Positions 57,101-64,000 of a stretch of DNA of 64,000 bases are shown here, piece by piece; positions within the stretch are counted from its first letter, which is position 1, and every line of letters begins with the position of its first letter. Position numbers and translations under genes: made by a program. The notes under the pieces are model-generated. The model worked only from the letters and a program-made list of their open reading frames with translations. It was not told where the DNA came from and did not search any database. Source of the stretch: Eimeria praecox. Its lineage: Eukaryota. The stretch spans positions 6,448,001-6,512,000 of the forward strand of contig OY986947.1 of the NCBI GenBank assembly GCA_963920595.1. The letters run 5' to 3'.

Positions 57101-60100
57101 GGGACGTTGGTGGCGCATTTGGCAGCATTGGCTTGTTTCTTTAGTGTGGGGTATGGAGGTGTGAGCAAGGCGTGGGAGAAGGGGAGCATGGTGGTTCAAT
57201 GCACCAGGAAGTATGTTTGGTTTTTCGTCTGCGTGGTTATTGGTAGGTGGGGTGGTCAGGTATTTGAGTAGCGGGGCTTGAAGGAGGCGTGTTGCGGAGC
57301 ACAATGTGTGTGTCTAATCAAGGGCTGCACCTGGTACCACCGAAAAAATGTTAGCTGGTGTTTTGTCGCTGAATTGTGATATATGATTGAGGCCCAGGAG
57401 AGGGTTTATTTGTGTGGCTTATGGAGGGGAGAGCTCGTACACTGTAGTCGTGAATGCGTTTAACATACCAGGAGGTACGGTCGACCTGCATTTGGCAAAA
57501 GAAGGAGTCGGGCGTTGACGCGGTGCAGACATTAGTGCATTTTACAGTTGGTTTGCAGGATTGCTGAAGTGTGGTTTGTGTGTGAGTGCAGTGAGCGTCA
57601 GGGATGATGCGTGTGAGATGGAGGGTACATGTCGTGCAATGTAGTCGTGAATGGGCTTCACTTATCAGGAAGTGCGTAGGAGGTGGCGTGGCGAATGGTT
57701 GGAGGGCCTTGGTGGGCGTTATAGGGTAATGGTGTTTCCAGTTAGGTTGCAAGGGCGGTGAAGGGTGGTTTGAATGGCAAAGGCGCCAGAGTGGTAATAT
57801 TTTGAGGATGCGTTTTGGGGTGGGATCTGCATAGCGTCGGGATTGGATTCCAGGACATTTGATGAGTGGTTGTGCTGCATGGGGTAGCGTTGGTGGGTCT
57901 GCGGCGGCGCTTTAGCGTAGGTGACCTGAGTAGGAAGCGCCTGACAGTAGCCTCCAGCGTGTTTGCGTGTGTGTGTGTGGAGTATTCACTATTCACCAGG
58001 AGGTACGGTTTATATTGGGGTATAGCCCAAGCACGTGTTTATAAGGGATAGTGGGCAGTTTGGGTTTTTGGGTGCGCATGGAGTGGGTTGTGGCGTCACC
58101 CTAGGGCTGTCCGCGTCGCAAGATGAGATTCCATTGTGTTGAGGATAAGCGTGCAGTTGGAGTGCGATGCAGGTTGCATTGTTGCAGCCCGAGAGGGAGG
58201 CGTGATTTGCAATTGAACAGGCTTGTGTGCATCAGAAAGTGCGTTTGTCCCTTGGATTGGGGAGGATGCGTGGTGTGCTTATCGGCATTTGGGATGTTGG
58301 GCGTTTCGCAGGGATTAGTTTGTCAGGGACTGTGTTGGGGTTGAGCGCTGTGAACAAGTTAAGCGACGGCGAGGGCTTGGTTGCTGGTTAGCTTCGTGGG
58401 CATTTGTGTGAGCCATTGGATTGGGGTGGTTTGTGGCCTATGGACCTGTTTCAGAAAGTATGGATTCTTGGGTGGGTGGAGTGTGGCAGGTGGACGAGAA
58501 TGTTCCTTGCGTTGTGTGCAAGGCGGGTCTGGATCTATGGTAGGGTAACCATGACCTGTTGAGGATGTTGACGGACGGCGACTAGGAGGTGTTGGGCGCA
58601 TGCGTTTCTATACAGCTGGCATGCAGCACACGTTTGGCTGGTTCCGGATGTAATGTTATGCATTAGGGGAGGGATGCGGAGCACTCGAGAAGCAGTGTTC
58701 GTTTGTTCACTCTAGCTCGTGTTGAATCATGATGGGCATGCAGGGTAGCTCGCCACCATGTCAATGCGTCAGAAAGTAGGCGTCGTGGCCAGCTTGCGCC
58801 CATATGCACTGCTGTATAAGTCAGCAGATATGGTCCAAACTTGTTTCGTGTTTTCGGGAATGAGTATGAATGCGTTATAAGGTGGAAAAGGAGGTGAAGC
58901 GTCAGGAGCAAGATATCGATACCGTAGGGCCCGAGTGGTAGTTTCATTGTTGAGGGTTCCGGTTTGCACCTGTGTGGGTTTTGTGGCAGGTGGATTGTGT
59001 GGAGGGGTAGCTGCTGCAGAGAGCATATATGGATGTTCCATGCCGCCGCGGAACAGAAAGTATGCAGAGGGTTGTGGGCTTGCGATGGAACGGAGCGGTG
59101 TGTGTGATTGGGTGGCAAGAATCAGTATTTTGTTTATGCAGGGGGTGGTCAAATGAAGTGACTTAATTGTGGATGAGAGGGCGGGGGGGGTGGGGGGGAG
59201 GATTGGGACGTTGGTGGCGCATTTGGCAGCATTGGCTTGTTTCTTTAGTGTGGGGTATGGAGGTGTGAGCAAGGCGTGGGAGAAGGGGAGCATGGTGGTT
59301 CAATGCACCAGGAAGTATGTTTGGTTTTTCGTCTGCGTGGTTATTGGTAGGTGGGGTGGTCAGGTATTTGAGTAGCGGGGCTTGAAGGAGGCGTGTTGCG
59401 GAGCACAATGTGTGTGTCTAATCAAGGGCTGCACCTGGTACCACCGAAAAAATGTTAGCTGGTGTTTTGTCGCTGAATTGTGATATATGATTGAGGCCCA
59501 GGAGAGGGTTTATTTGTGTGGCTTATGGAGGGGAGAGCTCGTACACTGTAGTCGTGGATGCGTTTAACATACCAGGAGGTACGGTCGACCTGCATTTGGC
59601 AAAAGAAGGAGTCGGGCGTTGACGCGGTGCAGACATTAGTGCATTTTACAGTTGGTCTGCAGGATTGCTGAAGTGTGGTTTGTGTGTGAGTGCAGTGAGC
59701 GTCAGGGATGATGCGTGGGATATGGAGGGTACATGTCGTGCAATGTAGTCGTGAATGGGCTTCACTTATCAGGAAGTGCGTAGGAGGTGGCGTGGTGAAT
59801 GGTTGGAGGGCCTTGGTGGGCGTTATAGGGTAGTGGTGTTTCCAGTTAGGTTGCAAGGGCGGTGAAGGGTGGTTTGAATGGCAAAGGCGCCAGAGTGGCA
59901 ATATTTTGAGGATGCGTTGTGGGGTGGGATCTGCATAGCGTCGGGAGTGGATACCAGGACATTTGATGAGTGGTTGTGCTGCATGGGGTAGCGTTGGTGG
60001 GTCTGCGGCGGCGCTTTAGCGTAGGTGACCTGAGTAGGAAGCGCCTGACAGTAGCCTCCAGCGTGTTTGCGTGTGTGTGTGTGTGGAGTATTCACTATTC

Positions 60101-63100
60101 ACCAGGAGGTACGGCTTATACTGGGGTATAGCCCAAGCACGTGTTTATAAGGGATAGTGGGCAGTTTGGGTTTTTGGGTGCGCATGGAGTGGGTTGTGGC
60201 GTCACCCTAGGGCTCTCCGTTTCGCAAGATGAGATTCCATTGTGTTGGGGATAAGCGTGCAGTTGGAGTGCGATGCAGGTTGCATTGTTGCAGCCCGAGA
60301 GGGAGGCGTGAGTTGCAATTGAACAGGCTTGTGTGCATCAGAAAGTGCGTTTGTCCCTTAGATTGGGGAGGATGCGTGGTGTGCTTATCGGCATTTGGGA
60401 TGCTGGGCGTTTCGCAGGGATTAGTTTGTCAGGGACTTTGTTGGGATTGAGCGCTGTGAACAAGTAAAGCGACGGCGAAGGCTTGGTTGCTGGTTAGCTT
60501 CGTGGGCATTTGTGTGAGCCATTGGATTGGGGTGGTTTGTTGCCTATGGACCTGTTTCAGAGAGTAAGGATTCTTGGGTGGGTGGAGTGTGGCAGGTGGA
60601 CGAGAATGTTCCTTGCGTTGTGTGCAAGGCGGGTCTGGATCTATGGTAGGGTAAGCATGGCCTGTTGAAGATGTTGACGGACGGCGTCTAGGAGGTGTTG
60701 GGCGCATGCGTTTCTATACAGCTGGCATGCAGCACACTTTTTGCTGGTTCCGGATGTAATGTTATGCATTAGGGGAGGGATGGAGAGCACTCGAGAACAG
60801 TGTTCGTTTGTTCACTCGAGCTCGTGTTGAATCATGATGGGCATGCAGGGTAGCTCGCCACCATGTCAATGCGTCAGAAAGTAGGCGTCGTGGCCAGCTT
60901 GCGCCCATATGCACTGCTGTATAAGTCAGCAGATATGGTCGAAACTTGTTTCGTGTTTTCGGGAATGAGTATGAATGCGTTATAAGGTGGAAAAGGAGGT
61001 GAAGCGTCAGGAGCAAGATATCGATACCGTAGGGCCCGAGTGGTAGTTTCATTGTTGAGGGTTCCGGTTTGCACCTGTGTGGGTTTTGTGGCAGGTGGAT
61101 TGTGTGGAGGGGTAGCTGCTGCAGAGAGCATATATGGATGTACCATGCCGCCGCGGAACAGAAAGTATGGAGAGGGTTGTGGGCATGCGATGGAACGGAG
61201 GGGTGTGTGTGATTGGGTGGCAAGAATCAGTATTTTGTTTATGCAGGGGGTGGTCAAATGAAGTGACTTAATTGTGGATGAGAGGGCGGGGGGGTGGGGG
61301 GGAGGATTGGGACGTTGGTGGTGCATTTGGCAGCATTGGTTTGTTTCTTTAGTGTGGGGTATGGAGGTGTGACCAGTGCGTGGGAGAAGGGGAGCATGGT
61401 GGTTCAATGCACCAGGAAGTATGTTTGGTTTTTCGTCTGCGTGGTTATTGGTAGGTGGGGTGGTCAGGTATTTGAGTATCGGGGCTTGAAGGAGGCGTGC
61501 TGCGGAGCACAATGTGTGTGTCTAATCAAGGGCTGCACCTGGTACCACCGAAAAAATGTTAGCTGGTGTTTTGTCGCTGAATTGTGATATATGATTGAGG
61601 CCCAGGAGAGGGTTTATTTGTGTGGCTTATGGAGGGGAGAGCTCGTACACTGTAGTCGTGAATGCGTTTAACATACCAGGAGGTACGGTCGACTTGCATT
61701 TGGCAAAAGAAGGAGTCGGGCGTTGACGCGGTGTAGACATTAGTGCATTTTACAGTTGGTCTGCAGGATTGCTGAAGTGTGGTTTGTGTGTGAGTGCAGT
61801 GAGCGTCAGGGATGATGCGTGTGAGATGGAGGGTGCAGGTCGTGCAATGTAGTCGTGAATGGGCTTCACTTATCAGGAAGTGCGTAGCAGGTGGCGTGGC
61901 GAATGGTTGGAGGGCCTTGGTGGGCGTTATAGGGTAGTGGTGTTTCCAGTTAGGTTGCAAGAGCGGTGAAGGGTGGTTTGAATGGCAAAGGCGCCAGAGT
62001 GGCAATACTTTGAGGATGCGTTTTGGGGTGGGATCTGCATAGCGTCGGGATTGGATTCCAGGACATTTGATGAGTGGTTGTGCTGCATGGGGTAGCGTTG
62101 GTGGGTCTGCGGCGGCGCTTTAGCGTAGGTGACCTGAGTAGGAAGCGCCTGACAGTAGCCTCCAGCGTGTTTGCGTGTGTGTGTGTGGAGTATTCACTAT
62201 TCACCAGGAGGTACGGCTTATATTGGGGTATAGCCCAAGCACGTGTTTATAAGGGATAGTGGGCAGTTTGGGTTTTTGGGTGCGCATGGAGTGGGCTGTG
62301 GCGTCACCTTAGGGCTCTCTGTTTCGCAAGATGAGATTCCATTGTGTTGGGGATAAGCGTGCAATTGGAGTGCGATGCAGGTTGCATTGTTGCAGCCCGA
62401 GAGGGAGGCGTGATTTGCAATTGAACAGGCTTGTGTGCATCAGAAAGTGCGTTTGTCCCTTAGATTGGGGAGGATGCGTGGTGTTCGTGGTGTGCGTATC
62501 GGCATTTAGGATGTTGGGCGTTTCGCAGGGATTAGTTTGTCAGGGACTGTGTTGGGGTTGAGCGCTGTGAACAAGTTAAGCGACGGCGAGGGCTTGGTTG
62601 CTGGTTAGCTTCGTGGGCATTTGCGTGAGCCATTGGATTGGGGTGGTTTGTTGCCTATGGACCTGTTTCAGAAAGTAAGGATTCTTGGGTGGGTGGAGTG
62701 TGGCAGGTGGACGAGAATGTTCCTTGCGTTGTTTGCAAGGCAGGTCTGGATCTATGGTAGGGTAACCATGACCTGTTGAGGATGTTGACGGACGGCGACT
62801 AGGAGGTGTTGGGCGCATGCGTTTCTATACAGCTGGCATGCAGCACACGTTTGGCTGGTTCCGGATGTAATGTTATGCATTAGGGGAGGGATGCGGAGCA
62901 CTCGAGAAGCAGTGTTCGTTTGTTCACTCTAGCTCGTGTTGAATCATGATGGGCATGCAGGGTAGCTCGCCACCATGTCAATGCGTCAGAAAGTAGGCGT
63001 CGTGGCCAGCTTGCGCCCATATGCACTGCTGTATAAGTCAGCAGATATGGTCGAAACTTGTTTCGTGTTTTCGGGAATGAGTATGAATGCGTTATAAGGT

Positions 63101-63992
63101 GGAAAAGGAGGTGAAGCGTCAGGAGCAAGATATCGATACCGTAGGGCCCGAGTGGTAGTTTCATTGTTGAGGGTTCCGGTTTGCACCTGTGTGGGTTTTG
63201 TGGCAGGTGGATTGTGTGGAGGGGTAGCTGCTGGAGAGAGCATATATGGATGTTCCATGCCGCCGCGGAACAGAAAGTATGGAGAGGGTTGTGGGCATGC
63301 GATGGAACGGAGCGGTGTGTGTGACTGGGTGGCAAGAATCAGTATTTTGTTTATGCAGGGGGTGGTCAAATGAAGTGACTTAATTGTGGATGAGAGGGCG
63401 GGGGGGGTGGGGGGGAGGATTGGGACGTTGGTGGCGCATTTGGCAGCATTGGCTTGTTTCTTTAGTGTGGGGTATGGAGGTGTGAGCAAGGCGTGGGAGA
63501 AGGGGAGCATGGTGGTTCAATGCACCAGGAAGTATGTTTGGTTTTTCGTCTGCGTGGTTATTGGTAGGTGGGGTGGTCAGGTATTTGAGTATCGGGGCTT
63601 GAAGGAGGCGTGTTGCGGAGCACAATGTGTGTGTCTAATCAAGGGCTGCACCTGGTACCACCGAAAAAATGTTAGCTGGTGTTTTGTCGCTGAATTGTGT
63701 TATATGATTGAGGCCCAGGATAGGGTTTATTTGTGTGGCTTATGGAGGGGAGAGCTCGTACACTGTAGTCGTGAATGCGTTTAACATACCAGGAGGTACG
63801 GTCGACCTGCATTTGGCAAAAGAAGGAGTCGGGCGTTGACGCGGTGTAGACATTAGTGCATTTTACAGTTGGTTTGCAGGATTGCTGAAGTGTGGTTTGT
63901 GTGTGAGTGCAGTGAGCGTCAGGGATGATGCGTGTGAGATGGAGGGTACATGTCGTGCAATGTAGTCGTGAATGGGCTTCACTTATCAGGAA
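146..63992 (+). CDS. Putative internal part of a spliced gene made of 244 3-nt microexons (8 per unit) encoding [EEEEK(K/R)KK]n, a charged single alpha-helix-like repeat; start and stop would lie outside the window
   Basis: Each unit has eight CAG|RRR|GTRNG sites with intron-sized GT...AG gaps of 252, 261, 194, 328, 233, 216, 315 and 281 nt, which with 24 exonic nt sum to 2104. Concatenated triplets give K-E-E-E-E-K-(K/R)-K. The only exonic variant I found is AAA<->AGA. No transcript evidence; phase 0 is assumed. Confidence 0.6.
268..296 (+). other. G-run cluster with G-quadruplex potential, once per unit, length-polymorphic
   Basis: gggcggggggggtgagggggaggattggg has four runs of >=3 G. The poly-G length varies by +/-1 between units and accounts for part of the 2103-2105 period variation. 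Confidence 0.6.
401..403 (+). CDS. Putative microexon 2 of unit 1 (GAA, Glu)
   Basis: tcaatgcaccag|GAA|gtatgt. Confidence 0.6.
665..667 (+). CDS. Putative microexon 3 of unit 1 (GAG, Glu)
   Basis: tttaacataccag|GAG|gtacgg. Confidence 0.6.
862..864 (+). CDS. Putative microexon 4 of unit 1 (GAA, Glu)
   Basis: ttcacttatcag|GAA|gtgcgt. Confidence 0.6.
1161..1172 (+). repeat. Short (TG)6 microsatellite in each unit, ~20 nt upstream of putative microexon 5
   Basis: gcgtgtgtgtgtgtgg; one extra TG in unit 29 (~60071-60085). Confidence 0.8.
1193..1195 (+). CDS. Putative microexon 5 of unit 1 (GAG, Glu)
   Basis: ttcactattcaccag|GAG|gtacgg. Confidence 0.6.
1429..1431 (+). CDS. Putative microexon 6 of unit 1 (AAA, Lys)
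   Basis: gtgtgcatcag|AAA|gtgcgt. Confidence 0.6.
1648..1650 (+). CDS. Putative microexon 7 of unit 1 (AGA, Arg; AAA, Lys in 17 of 30 units)
   Basis: cctgtttcag|AGA|gtaagg; other units have cag|AAA|gtaagg or cag|AAA|gtatgg. Confidence 0.6.
1966..1968 (+). CDS. Putative microexon 8 of unit 1 (AAA, Lys)
   Basis: tcaatgcgtcag|AAA|gtaggc. Confidence 0.6.
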
Positions 63993-64000
63993 GTGCGTAG

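Larger units (their letters stand above)
1..64000. repeat. Tandem array of a ~2,104-bp unit, ~30.4 copies, no boundary within the window
   Basis: The unit start GATATCGATACCGTAGGG recurs at 1, 2105, 4208, 6311, 8415, 10520, 12623, 14728, 16831, 18934, 21038, 23141, 25244, 27347, 29451, 31555, 33659, 35761, 37865, 39968, 42071, 44176, 46280, 48384, 50487, 52591, 54706, 56809, 58912, 61017 and 63129. The ORF track repeats with the same period. Copies differ only by scattered SNPs and 1-9 bp indels. Confidence 0.99.

Noticed and set aside
24..63784. Repeating 60-212 aa ORFs on both strands in the ORF track
   Set aside because: No recognisable domains, composition explained by strand skew, overlapping in several frames, and freely broken or fused by 1-bp indels and stop-creating SNPs between units.
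1..64000. CRISPR array, transposon array or prokaryotic locus
   Set aside because: No short repeats with unique spacers, no transposase or reverse transcriptase ORF, no terminal repeats, and no gene-dense organisation.
1..64000. Assembly or concatemer artefact
   Set aside because: Copies carry shared, position-clustered variants and a lag-4 pattern rather than being identical or randomly erroneous. Poly-G length differences could still be sequencing error.

Overview
The whole window is one head-to-tail tandem array of a ~2,104-bp unit: 30 complete copies (2,102-2,115 bp) plus 872 bp of a 31st, with no array boundary inside the window. The + strand is strongly G/T-rich. I recognise no rRNA, tRNA, snRNA, transposon or conventional gene, and the ORF-track proteins look like artefacts of composition. 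The main hidden signal is a motif CAG-[3 purines]-GTRNG that occurs eight times per unit on the + strand, separated by 194-328 nt. Each site reads as a canonical 3' splice site, a 3-nt exon and a canonical 5' splice site. Joined in order, the triplets read AAA GAA GAG GAA GAG AAA (AAA/AGA) AAA = K E E E E K (K/R) K. The array could therefore be part of a very large eukaryotic gene built from single-codon microexons (244 in this window) encoding an (EEEEKKKK)n single alpha-helix. The motif, its spacing and its conservation are seen directly; splicing and translation are inferred and need transcript evidence.
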